DNA of 63,831 bases, filler included. It is 6 parts of 6 records of this genome, joined end to end, with 100 filler letters (N's around TTAATTAATTAA, not from the genome) between each part and the next. Parts side by side here need not be neighbours in the genome. Positions count along the whole stretch, not along the records: positions 20,635 to 35,722 come from SRR31156797_4755; positions 35,823 to 43,189 come from SRR31156797_4775; 4 more parts are not named here. The stretch is one strand, 5' to 3'. Positions 31,457-40,867 of this stretch are shown here, piece by piece (positions within the stretch are counted from its first letter, which is position 1; every line of letters begins with the position of its first letter). Under the pieces are notes generated by a model. The model was given only the letters and a program-made list of their open reading frames with translations, was not told the DNA's origin and did not search any database. A program made the position numbers and the translations under genes.

Positions 31457-33442
31457 TTAATATTGGAATATTCCTATGTGTTTCTCAACTTCCTGATTTT
31501 TCTTTGCTACAGTTTCAACAGAGCTCATAACATCTTTCATTTCCATTGATTGCAGTTCTATTGTACTATTGATTTGCTGAGTTGAAGCGGCCGTTTGCTG
31601 AGATACAGATGTGATACTTTCGATAGAATCAAGTATTTGATTCTTAGCTTCACTTATAAAATGTACTTCCTGCTCAAATAGTTTTATCTCAGATGATACT
31701 GTTTGAACAGAACTATCTATTATCTTAAACGTATTCTCCGTTACTTCCAGAGTATCATTTGCTTCTTTAACTATCTCAATAGTTTTTTTCATATTCGAAT
31801 CGGAATTACCAATCATTCCGGTAATCTCTTCTAAAATATTCTCAATATTTTTAGTTGCATGTGCTGAGCTTTCAGCCAGTTTTCTTATCTCATCTGCAAC
31901 AACAGCAAATCCTTTACCAGCTTCTCCTGCTCTAGCTGCTTCAATTGCTGCATTAAGTGCTAACAGATTAGTTTGCTCAGATACAGATTTGATGATCTCT
32001 ATAATATTTCTAATTGATTGTGATTTTTCTGATAATTTTTTGATCTCCTGCGCTACCTGTTCTGTTATCTCGACGTTATTACTAAACTTGTTTTGCAGTA
32101 GTATTATATTCTCCAAACCTGCATGATTATTTTTTTCCATTCTATTAGTATTTTCAACAACTATTTCTAGTTTTGACAAAATTTCCTCTACTTTTTCAGA
32201 GAAAGAATAAGTTGTTTCAAGAGTTTTTGTTGTTTCATTTGACTGAACCATTGTACCTGATGATATTTCTTTTATTGATTGAAGAACTTCATAGTTCGAT
32301 TCATTCATCTTCTTAACACTGTCTAACATCTCCATAGATTCTGTATTTACTTCTTTAACAGTTGATTTAGAATTATCCACTAACTCTTTGATATTAGATA
32401 TCATACTATTGAAATTTCTACCTAAATCACCAATTTCATCATTATGTTTTATGCCCTCAATTGATTTCAGGTTTCCTCTTCCTGCTTCACTCATTGCATC
32501 TACTATTTTGTATAATGGTCTGACTGAATTCGAAACTACTTTGTACACAATAGGCATCAGTACTAATATTAATAAAAGAGTTGATATAGACATCTGAACT
32601 ATAATAGTTTTGATGATCCCTCCGTATTCTGACTCAGGATAACTTAGAACTAATACTTTATCAGCATAAACTTTGAATGCAGCATGTTTAGCTGTCCCTT
32701 CATATTTATATTCCAGCACTCCTTCACTTTTCCCGGCAAACTCTTCATAATTAGGAAATTCGTCTTTTGCATTTTTTCCAATTGCATCCTGATTAGGATG
32801 ATAGATAATATCTCCTGTTTCGTTCAAAATAAACAGATAACCGTTTTCCCCTATATGATTACTTGCTATAATCTGTTGATAATCTATACTTCTAAGGTTT
32901 CCATTTCCTAGCTGAAAAATCCCCTTTTGATCTTTTCTCTTAATCCCGATATATTGAAATAATTTACCGTCTACAGCTCTGACAGAGGGTTCCTGTGCAA
33001 ACATATCTGCGTCACTATTAATTAATTGTATAAACGGTATAGTTTGCTTGTTTGTATTAAAATCAAATCCTATAAAATCATTTGTACTATACTCGATAAC
33101 TCCGTTTTCATCAGTAATGTGAATCTCATCAACGCCATATTTAGATGTTAATTTTAATAGATTTTGTTTTGACATTGCTTCTTTATCACCTTTTAGCCGT
33201 TCTGCCAGTATTTCAGCTAAATAGATCATTTTACCTTCTGTTTCTTTGTTAATACTATTGATTAACTTTTGCTCCTCTTCGATAGATTGAACTATCGTAT
33301 TCAGTTGTGAATTAAGTTGTGTATCAACTGTTGTCGGCATCAAATCTTTTGCAATCTGATAAAGAGTGACTCCTATTAACAGAGATAAACCTATAGCTAT
33401 TGTAACTGTCACCGGTAGTAATATTTTGTTCTTTAATTTCAT
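31457..33442 (-). CDS. Methyl-accepting chemotaxis protein (Cache-HAMP-MA)
   Basis: Two TM segments, Cache region, HAMP DEIGDL, signalling core [35 protein letters not shown]. Confidence 0.96.
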   Translation of the reverse strand: MKLKNKILLPVTVTIAIGLSLLIGVTLYQIAKDLMPTTVDTQLNSQLNTIVQSIEEEQKLINSINKETEGKMIYLAEILAERLKGDKEAMSKQNLLKLTSKYGVDEIHITDENGVIEYSTNDFIGFDFNTNKQTIPFIQLINSDADMFAQEPSVRAVDGKLFQYIGIKRKDQKGIFQLGNGNLRSIDYQQIIASNHIGENGYLFILNETGDIIYHPNQDAIGKNAKDEFPNYEEFAGKSEGVLEYKYEGTAKHAAFKVYADKVLVLSYPESEYGGIIKTIIVQMSISTLLLILVLMPIVYKVVSNSVRPLYKIVDAMSEAGRGNLKSIEGIKHNDEIGDLGRNFNSMISNIKELVDNSKSTVKEVNTESMEMLDSVKKMNESNYEVLQSIKEISSGTMVQSNETTKTLETTYSFSEKVEEILSKLEIVVENTNRMEKNNHAGLENIILLQNKFSNNVEITEQVAQEIKKLSEKSQSIRNIIEIIKSVSEQTNLLALNAAIEAARAGEAGKGFAVVADEIRKLAESSAHATKNIENILEEITGMIGNSDSNMKKTIEIVKEANDTLEVTENTFKIIDSSVQTVSSEIKLFEQEVHFISEAKNQILDSIESITSVSQQTAASTQQINSTIELQSMEMKDVMSSVETVAKKNQEVEKHIGIFQY

Positions 33443-33774
33443 GTTCCATCCCTCCCGAATTTAACTTTATCTATCTAAAAACATATTATAGACAGAATAT
33501 GCTTTTATGTTATACTCCTGTTTCATACTTTTCCTTCTTTTAAAATAGTCTCTTTTTTAGCTTTATTTTACGCGTTTAGTTTACCAAACTAATAAAAAAA
33601 CACTTGTTTCTTGCAATTATTTTATGCTTGCTAATTTATGACAATAAAAAAAAGAACATGAATCAAAGATTTCGTCTTATGACAGCAATGACTACCCATA
33701 TTTAGTATCCAAAACTTTACTTTTTTTATCTCTACTATATTAATAAAAAGATTTATTTTTTATTTTTAAGTAGC

Positions 33775-33824
33775 TTGACAATAGTTTAACTTTAAACTAT
33801 AATTAGTTTAAAGTTAAACTAATT
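33775..33824 (+). promoter_or_regulatory. Consensus sigma70 promoter overlapped by two MarR-type palindromes
   Basis: TTGACA(33775)-17 nt-TATAAT(33798); palindromes ATAGTTTAA-CT-TTAAACTAT (33781-33800) and AATTAGTTTAA-AG-TTAAACTAATT (33801-33824). Confidence 0.85.
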
Positions 33825-33836
33825 TATTTTGAAAGG

Positions 33837-34316
33837 GTGAAAAAAATAGAACTTAATTATAGTATCTTGAGAGAAGTCGGAACATTAGCAAGGTCAATAG
33901 GGGCAATTAATGATGTGAAGTATGCCGGTCTGTCATTAAACAAAAATCAATATATATTTCTAACTAGGATATGTGAAAATGAAGGAATCAGCTTTAAGGA
34001 TCTAACAATAATGCTTAGAGTTGACAAAGCTACTACTACTACAGCTATTCAAAAATTAATAAAAAATGATTATGTGAGAAAAGAAAAAGATGAACAGGAT
34101 GGGAGAATATTTAGACTCTATCCAACTGAAAAATCATTGAAAACATACAAAAATATTATCAAACATGAAAATGAGCTTTTAAAAACATGCTTCGAAAACT
34201 TTTCAGCCAGTGAAATTGACGAAATTCATAGGTTAATTGATAAGATGAATAATAATTTGGAACCAAACTGGTACAAAATTAAATGCTACAAAGAGGAGAA
34301 TAACAATGGAAAATAA
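33837..34316 (+). CDS. MarR family regulator
   Basis: QYIFLTRICENEGI...VDKATTTTAIQKL...DGR winged HTH. Confidence 0.9.
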   Translation: MKKIELNYSILREVGTLARSIGAINDVKYAGLSLNKNQYIFLTRICENEGISFKDLTIMLRVDKATTTTAIQKLIKNDYVRKEKDEQDGRIFRLYPTEKSLKTYKNIIKHENELLKTCFENFSASEIDEIHRLIDKMNNNLEPNWYKIKCYKEENNNGK

Positions 34317-35214
34317 CTCAACTCTAAAAGGATATCTATATGCATTTTCTGCATATTTAATGTGGGGACTTTTACCGATCTACTGGAAGCAACTAGGTCA
34401 AGTACCGCCGGGAGAGATACTGGCTAATAGAATTATTTGGTCATTTGTATCGATGTTTCTATTAAATATCTTCGTCTTAAAAAAAGAGATTGGAACTATT
34501 TTATTTGATAAGAAAAATAGATTAGCCGTACTTCTAACAGGAACGCTCGTGTCAATTAACTGGGGTGTATTTATTTACGCTATCGGGATTGGTAAAACTG
34601 TAGAGGCTAGTTTTGGATATTATATAAATCCATTAGTCAGTATCGTCTTCGGAATCTTATTTCTCAAAGAGAAGTTATCAATTCCCGGGATTATTGCGTT
34701 TTTATTCGCTATTGCAGGAGTAGGATATCAACTAATTAGATTTGGGAAGATTCCTTGGATAGCTTTAATTCTTGCATTTTCATTTGCACTCTATGGACTT
34801 ATTAAGAAGAAAATAAAGCTAGACTCACTAACTAGTCTTATGGTTGAAACTATGCTTATGACTCCTGTTGCATTAGGCTACTACGTCATTTTATTCATGA
34901 AAGGACAGCAACATATTTTCGTACTTGGAATCCCTACAGATGTCTTGATTATCCTATCAGGAATATTTACATCTTTGCCATTATTCCTATTTGCAGAGGG
35001 AGCAAAGAGAATCCCACTATCAAGTATAGGATTTATGCAATATTTTGCACCGACGATGATGCTTCTGATTGGGATATTTATTTTTAAAGAGGAATTCAAA
35101 GTTGATAATTTAATTAGTTTTGCATTTATATGGACGGGGCTTGCAATATATACGGTAGCTTCCGTTATGAAAATGAGGAGGGTGAAACAAGTATATGGTG
35201 AACAGAGCGAGTAA
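34306..35214 (+). CDS. rarD: EamA/DMT transporter RarD
   Basis: WGLLPIYWK, EASFGYYINPL, YGLIKK, GFMQYFAPT. Confidence 0.9.
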   Translation: MENNSTLKGYLYAFSAYLMWGLLPIYWKQLGQVPPGEILANRIIWSFVSMFLLNIFVLKKEIGTILFDKKNRLAVLLTGTLVSINWGVFIYAIGIGKTVEASFGYYINPLVSIVFGILFLKEKLSIPGIIAFLFAIAGVGYQLIRFGKIPWIALILAFSFALYGLIKKKIKLDSLTSLMVETMLMTPVALGYYVILFMKGQQHIFVLGIPTDVLIILSGIFTSLPLFLFAEGAKRIPLSSIGFMQYFAPTMMLLIGIFIFKEEFKVDNLISFAFIWTGLAIYTVASVMKMRRVKQVYGEQSE

Positions 35215-35692
35215 AAAAGATTTGGAACAAATAATGCCGATTGTTTCGGATATAATCAAGGAGATGCACAGCGTAGAAAATTACCAATGGGATAATGATT
35301 ATCCTACTGAGGAGATTTTCGCAAAGGATATTGAAAATAATGATTTATATGTATATAAAGATAAATCGGGGAAAGTTTTAGGCTTCGTATGTATTGATTC
35401 GCATCAACCTAATGAGTACTCTAGTCCTGAGTGGCAACATGAAGGAGATGTGTTAGTTATTCACAGAATGGCAGTTGATACTAATTCCAGAGGTTTAGGA
35501 ATTGGGAAAGCTCTAATGAAACATGCAGAGGAGTTAGCGAAAACCAGAGAAGTTAATATTATCAGATCAGATACATACTCTACTAATCAGACGATGAATT
35601 ATGTATTTAAGAAGCTAGGATATGAATTCACGGGAGAGATTTTCTTTTTAGATAGGACTAAGGAATTTTACTGTTATGAGAAGTGGGTATAA
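35195..35692 (+). CDS. GNAT family N-acetyltransferase
   Basis: QWDNDYP, IHRMAV, RGLGIG acetyl-CoA motif, KKLGY. Confidence 0.9.
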   Translation: MVNRASKKDLEQIMPIVSDIIKEMHSVENYQWDNDYPTEEIFAKDIENNDLYVYKDKSGKVLGFVCIDSHQPNEYSSPEWQHEGDVLVIHRMAVDTNSRGLGIGKALMKHAEELAKTREVNIIRSDTYSTNQTMNYVFKKLGYEFTGEIFFLDRTKEFYCYEKWV

Positions 35693-35722
35693 CCCCCTCC
35701 CAGCCTCCCCCTGATAAGGGGA

Positions 35723-35822
35723 NNNNNNNNNNNNNNNNNNNNNNNNNNNNNNNNNNNNNNNNNNNNTTAATTAATTAANNNNNNNNNNNNNNNNNNNNNN
35801 NNNNNNNNNNNNNNNNNNNNNN
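35723..35822. other. Artificial contig spacer
   Basis: N-run, TTAATTAATTAA, N-run. Confidence 0.98.
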
Positions 35823-35845
35823 GTCACTAATATGCGGAGGGAAAC

Positions 35846-36583
35846 ATGTGGAGAGAAAATCTCGAGCAATTACGCTATGAAAATACGATCCCGATGTTCG
35901 GTACAGATCATTTGATCTATTTGGCCATCATTCTAGTCGTAAGCGCCACCTTTCTAATTTACAGCAAAAACAAATTCAACAAAACTCAAGCCGATAAGGT
36001 TGGTCGTATCCTGGGTATTGTTGCCATTGTACATCTATTTCTTGAGATACCTACCATGAAGCTGATCCTGGGTAATAATCTTGCCTCCAGCTTGCCCTTG
36101 CATCTTTGCAATTTCGGTATGGTCATGGTTGGCATTCTGTTGATCACAAGAAAACAATGGGCGTTTGAATTGGCTTACTTTTGGGCGCTCTGCGGTGCAA
36201 CACAGTCATTGCTCACTCCGGATCTTAAATACATCTTCCCCCATCCTCAAGCCATTACCTTTTTCACGGCGCACACAATTGAAATCTTGGGGCTTTTATA
36301 TGCCGTGATCGTTCTTAAAATGCGTCCTCATTGGGATTCCATTCCACGCGTATTCTGGAAAACACTTGTGCTTGCAGCTATTGTCTTTCCCTTGAATTTC
36401 ATTCATCCAGATATGAACTACATGTTCTTGAAACATCCTCCTCTTGGTGGGTCTCTTATAGATCTTCTGGGTCCCTGGCCCTGGTATCTTTTATCTCTGG
36501 TCGGTGTGGCGCTTGTTCTGTTCGTGATAGCATATTTGCCCTATGGGATATCAGATGCGATCAAGAAGCGAAAAATCACTTAA
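35846..36583 (+). CDS. YwaF/TIGR02206-type integral membrane protein
   Basis: LPLHLC, GATQSLLTPD, NYMFL, LGPWPWY. Confidence 0.85.
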   Translation: MWRENLEQLRYENTIPMFGTDHLIYLAIILVVSATFLIYSKNKFNKTQADKVGRILGIVAIVHLFLEIPTMKLILGNNLASSLPLHLCNFGMVMVGILLITRKQWAFELAYFWALCGATQSLLTPDLKYIFPHPQAITFFTAHTIEILGLLYAVIVLKMRPHWDSIPRVFWKTLVLAAIVFPLNFIHPDMNYMFLKHPPLGGSLIDLLGPWPWYLLSLVGVALVLFVIAYLPYGISDAIKKRKIT

Positions 36584-36604
36584 AATTATTTATGATCCCA
36601 AATG

Positions 36605-36634
36605 TGTAGAGACGCAAGATCTTGTGTCTCTATA
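36605..36634. repeat. GTAG-type REP-like palindrome
   Basis: TGTAGAGACGCAAGATCTTGTGTCTCTATA. Confidence 0.55.
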
Positions 36635-36691
36635 ATTACATCCTTGAATTTTATGCCCAAAAATTATATTATATAATTGGGGTTACATAGG

Positions 36692-37363
36692 ATGGAAAAC
36701 CAAAGCAAAACATCTTCTATAAGCCGAGTAACTCTGTCGGTGACAGCTGAACGCTTGCGACGTGAGCGTTTTTGGGCGATCTCTTTGATCGTTATTCTCA
36801 TCCTGGCAACGACCTTTTATGGAACCCTGAAAAATCCATTTACAAATACTTTCAGCCGAATAGGTAACTATTATGGTTACAGAGCCTTATATATCGCCTG
36901 GGCGATATTGGTCTGTTTTTGTCTTCAAACAACATCGATCTTATTGTTCAAACTGACCGGCTTTAATAAAAAATGGTGCTATTGGGCTCTCACCTTTGCA
37001 TCCATATTTATGATCGCAACAGCACTGATACCGTCCTTTAAGGAAAAGTGGTTATTTTTACATGCTCTTCACAAGTGGACCACTTTTCTATTTGTCATGA
37101 GTATGGTCACAGCTCTGCATCCATATTTCGTTTGGCTCAGCAGGAAGATCCCGAGACTGAAAACCCTTTTAAGGAACTGGCAATTACTGATCCTTGGCGG
37201 AAGCCTGACATCATTACTGATACAAGGACAAACCGGTATATTTGAACTTTGGTTTTTTCTGGGACTGGGAACACTTTTGGTATATTTAAGTTGGATATTA
37301 TTCACGGAAAAAATTGAAAAAACGGAAAATAATGAGCAAAGAGAAAGTCAAAAAAACACCTGA
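36692..37363 (+). CDS. Hypothetical multi-pass membrane protein (paralog A)
   Basis: About 6 TM segments; YGTLKNPFTNTFSRIGN, conserved H, GIFELW shared with the next ORF. Confidence 0.7.
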   Translation: MENQSKTSSISRVTLSVTAERLRRERFWAISLIVILILATTFYGTLKNPFTNTFSRIGNYYGYRALYIAWAILVCFCLQTTSILLFKLTGFNKKWCYWALTFASIFMIATALIPSFKEKWLFLHALHKWTTFLFVMSMVTALHPYFVWLSRKIPRLKTLLRNWQLLILGGSLTSLLIQGQTGIFELWFFLGLGTLLVYLSWILFTEKIEKTENNEQRESQKNT

Positions 37364-38147
37364 TTGTCCCCCTGAAGAGATCATGGATGAGACAAAGATC
37401 GATGATCCGCAATTCAGAAAAACGCACCTGAAAGTTATTTGTGACCTATATAAACAGCGACGTAACCGTATCATCGTGATGAGTGGTTTATTGATCACAT
37501 TGATCATGACAGCCATCTATGGTACCTTGGAAAATCCTTTTAAATACACTTTAAGCAATATAGGTAATTTCTTTTCCTATCGTGAGGTGTTCATTATCTG
37601 GGCTATCGTTGCCGGGGTGGCAATCCAAACCGCATGTGTTTCTCTGTTCCAATTGGAGAAATTTAAACAAAGGCGGTCTTATACTCTGGTGATCTATGCT
37701 TCTGTCTTTCTTGTGTTAACGGCTATTATTCCCGCACTCAAAGATAGATTCCCCTTTTGGCACTTCGTCCATGTTCTGACCTCGACCTTTTATGCATTAT
37801 TCCTCATTCTTGGACTTCAACCTTTTCTCCAATATGTTAGTCGCGAAAACCCTCGCCTACGCAAGGTCATTACGATCTGGCAATATGTTGTCATAGGGGG
37901 TGGTTTTCTTGGTATCCTGATCTTTGGAATGTCCGGCATCTTTGAGATCTGGTGCATCACCACAGTCACGATCCTTTTATTATATCTCAGCCTGATCCTT
38001 TATGAGGAGAATATTGTTAAAAAAAGTGTAACTCTCCTTAAGGATGAAGAGAACCTGAATATTGGGATCGAAAAGGTCTTTGTACCGGAAAATCCTGAGA
38101 AAACTAAAAAAACCGCGACAAAGAAAAAACATAAAATGAACAGTTAA
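37332..38147 (+). CDS. Hypothetical multi-pass membrane protein (paralog B)
   Basis: YGTLENPFKYTLSNIGN, HFVH, GIFEIW; overlaps paralog A. Confidence 0.7.
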   Translation: MSKEKVKKTPDCPPEEIMDETKIDDPQFRKTHLKVICDLYKQRRNRIIVMSGLLITLIMTAIYGTLENPFKYTLSNIGNFFSYREVFIIWAIVAGVAIQTACVSLFQLEKFKQRRSYTLVIYASVFLVLTAIIPALKDRFPFWHFVHVLTSTFYALFLILGLQPFLQYVSRENPRLRKVITIWQYVVIGGGFLGILIFGMSGIFEIWCITTVTILLLYLSLILYEENIVKKSVTLLKDEENLNIGIEKVFVPENPEKTKKTATKKKHKMNS

Positions 38148-38450
38148 TAATGAATAACTAATAACGGGAAACACTTCCCAGACATTGAGGGGGACAAATG
38201 TTATTGAGGGAGAGTTTGCGCAGAGCAAAAAAGATTTTCTCCATAAAATGAACATAGCACTTAAAGAAGCTAAAGAAACAGAATATTGGATTAAACTTGT
38301 GATAAAAACAAAAAACTATGGGGCGATTGGTATTCACTTTTGAATGATTGTGATAAAATTATTAAAATTCTTCACTCAATAGTAAAAACAACACGAAATA
38401 ATCTCAATTCAAAATAAATATTTGTTATCAGTTATACATTATAAGCTATT
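38139..38450 (+). repeat. Heptamer-periodic inverted repeats (38139-38165 and 38424-38450) enclosing the four-helix-bundle pseudogene
   Basis: AACAGTTAATAATGAATAACTAATAAC versus the reverse complement of the right arm, AATAGCTTATAATGTATAACTGATAAC: 22/27 identical. Confidence 0.7.
38191..38417 (+). pseudogene. Four-helix-bundle protein (TIGR02436/23S rRNA-IVP family) pseudogene
   Basis: GTNVIEGEFAQSKKDFLHKMNIALKEAKETEYWI, frameshift, then DWYSLLNDCDKIIKILHSIVKTTRNNLNSK*; closely matches 40903-41262 but the N-terminal part is missing. Confidence 0.85.
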
Positions 38451-38529
38451 AATTGGCAAAACGCTTTCCTTTTACTCTGTTTCTTTATACATTCGTCTGA
38501 ATAAAAATAACTAATTGTGGGATAATATA

Positions 38530-40857
38530 ATGAAACGTTTTCTCTTTTCTGCACTTTGCATAAGCGTGCTTATAGCTAACCCTTATGAAGAGATCGATGA
38601 GATCATTGCAACATCGATTCAAAATAATATTTTTCCCGGTGCATCTGTTGCGGTTGGAACCGCCGATAGCATATTGTACCATAAGGCTTATGGTACCTTT
38701 ACCTATGATGCGGGATCGACCGTGGTTGATACTCTTTCTCTGTTTGATCTGGCCTCTTGTACTAAAGTATTTGCAAGCTCAATGTGCATAATGAAATGTA
38801 TTGATTCCGGACTGGTCTCAGCGGAAGATTATGTTAAAGATCATATTCCCGAATTTAACAACAATGGGAAAGGCGTTATAAAGGTTAAGCATCTTCTTAT
38901 GCACAATAGCGGACTCCCTGCTTATACATCCGCTGAATCTACGCGCTCAGCTACCTTAAATAAGATCTATAATATCAGCATGAGCCAATCACTGGGAACC
39001 TATACTTATAGTTGCCTTAATTTTATCATGACCATGCGGGTTGTTGAAGCGGCAACAGGCATGATGATGTGGGAATTCTACAAAGATATCTACACAGATC
39101 CTATGGGACTTGTCAATACAATGTTCTGTCCTGCCGATTCATTGCATACACGCTGCCTGCCAACAACACCTTCTTTGCAGGGATCCGTTCACGACCCCCT
39201 TGCAGCTGGATTGAACGGATATTCCGGTAATGCCGGCTTATTTTCCACAACAGGTGATCTTGCGAAATTCTGCCAGATCATGCTGAATCACGGTACCCTG
39301 GATGGGCATAAATACGTTGATTCAACAACAACCGTACCATTTACAACGCTTCAATCCTCAGGCGGCAGTCGGGCTTATGGCTGGGGAATTAACGGTTCTT
39401 CCGCAGGTGGTCTGATGTCCGACCTGAATTACGGCCATACGGGTTATACCGGAACATCGGCCTTTACTGACCCAACCAGAGAGCTGTTTGTGATTCTGCT
39501 TACCAACAGAGTCTATCCCAATGATGCGGCAAGTGTATCAGCCACCCGGCAAGCGGTTGCCAATGCAGCTGTTCGTGTTTTTGATGCATTACCGGCACAA
39601 CCCAGATTGCACACCATCGAAGCTCTTCCTAATGGGGACTGGGAATTAAAATGGGACTATACCGGAAATCTTGATTCGGTGATACTTATTGATGAATTTG
39701 AAAATGGAGCAAACGGTAGAAATATATTTAAGTATCCTTCAGATTCTACTACGATAAAACTAATGGGAGTTGACTGTATTTGTAACAGATCAGTGAAACT
39801 GGTACCGATATATGATGGTGAAGTCGGTGATACCTCTGATACTTATTATTGCAGGCACTCATTACATAATAAGTATGCATTGATCGTTGATGGATATGAC
39901 AGGATATCCAACACTTACGGCTGGAGTTTGCCCTATCATTACATTGCGGGATATTATGGCATGGCCTTACCTGATAATTGGGGTTATACTACTTGTGACA
40001 ACCAGGCTGTGATCAGTGGTGATATTGCTCTGTCTGATTATAATTGCGTGCTTTGGTTCTGTGGAGACGAAAGCACATCAAATGAAACTTTCAACTCAAG
40101 TGAACAGGCTATTGTAAAAACATACCTTGAGAATGAGGGTAATTTATTTGTCAGCGGTTCCGAGATCGGATGGGATCTCTCTGCAAAAGGCAGTACGAAC
40201 GATAAGGCATTCTATGAAAATTATCTTAAGACCCGCTATGTAGGAGACGATGCCAACGAGCTAAGAGTTTATGGTCAAGCGGGAACCCGCTTTGAAGGAT
40301 TAATCTTCGATTACGGTGGTAGTTCTGCATTGTATATGGAAGATTATCCCGATTATGTACAAGGCGTTAACGGTTCAAAAGCTATCTTGCACTATTCCAG
40401 TACAAAAAGGGCCGGAATTGCTTATGTGGGTACTTTTGGAACATCTACCGATACCGGAAAAGTCGTTTCCTTCGGCTTCCCCTTTGAGACCATTGAAAAT
40501 CCTGCCAAACGCACAGATCTAATGGGTCGGATCATTGATCTATTTGAAAATGCCACCGAGGTCTCGATCGATGATTTCAATGAGAACATCCCGGTAAAAT
40601 TTGAAATGAAACCGGCATATCCAAATCCATTCAATCCGGAAACAACGATAGAATTCACACTTTTCTCTTCAGGAAATATCAATTTATCACTTTATGATCT
40701 TGCCGGTAAATATATTGATGTTTTGATCGATGAAACATACGACGCCGGCGCTTATTCTTTTAAATGGAATGCTGAAAAACATCCTTCGGGAGTTTATCTT
40801 TGCAAACTGAGCTATGGGAAAAAGAGTCAAGTTCAGAAATTGCTTCTTTTAAAATAA
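38530..40857 (+). CDS. Secreted serine hydrolase (beta-lactamase class C/PBP fold) with extra domains and T9SS/FlgD-like CTD
   Basis: FDLASCTK (SxxK), LLMHNSG, YSC, GNAGLFST, GHTGYTG, LTNR; C-terminal YPNPFNPET...GVYLC. Confidence 0.85.
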   Translation: MKRFLFSALCISVLIANPYEEIDEIIATSIQNNIFPGASVAVGTADSILYHKAYGTFTYDAGSTVVDTLSLFDLASCTKVFASSMCIMKCIDSGLVSAEDYVKDHIPEFNNNGKGVIKVKHLLMHNSGLPAYTSAESTRSATLNKIYNISMSQSLGTYTYSCLNFIMTMRVVEAATGMMMWEFYKDIYTDPMGLVNTMFCPADSLHTRCLPTTPSLQGSVHDPLAAGLNGYSGNAGLFSTTGDLAKFCQIMLNHGTLDGHKYVDSTTTVPFTTLQSSGGSRAYGWGINGSSAGGLMSDLNYGHTGYTGTSAFTDPTRELFVILLTNRVYPNDAASVSATRQAVANAAVRVFDALPAQPRLHTIEALPNGDWELKWDYTGNLDSVILIDEFENGANGRNIFKYPSDSTTIKLMGVDCICNRSVKLVPIYDGEVGDTSDTYYCRHSLHNKYALIVDGYDRISNTYGWSLPYHYIAGYYGMALPDNWGYTTCDNQAVISGDIALSDYNCVLWFCGDESTSNETFNSSEQAIVKTYLENEGNLFVSGSEIGWDLSAKGSTNDKAFYENYLKTRYVGDDANELRVYGQAGTRFEGLIFDYGGSSALYMEDYPDYVQGVNGSKAILHYSSTKRAGIAYVGTFGTSTDTGKVVSFGFPFETIENPAKRTDLMGRIIDLFENATEVSIDDFNENIPVKFEMKPAYPNPFNPETTIEFTLFSSGNINLSLYDLAGKYIDVLIDETYDAGAYSFKWNAEKHPSGVYLCKLSYGKKSQVQKLLLLK

Positions 40858-40867
40858 ATTCAATGAA

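Noticed and set aside
35692-35722. CCCTCCCAGCCTCCCCC...AAGGGGA partial palindrome at the contig end
   Set aside because: Probably a truncated repeat, but too incomplete to call.
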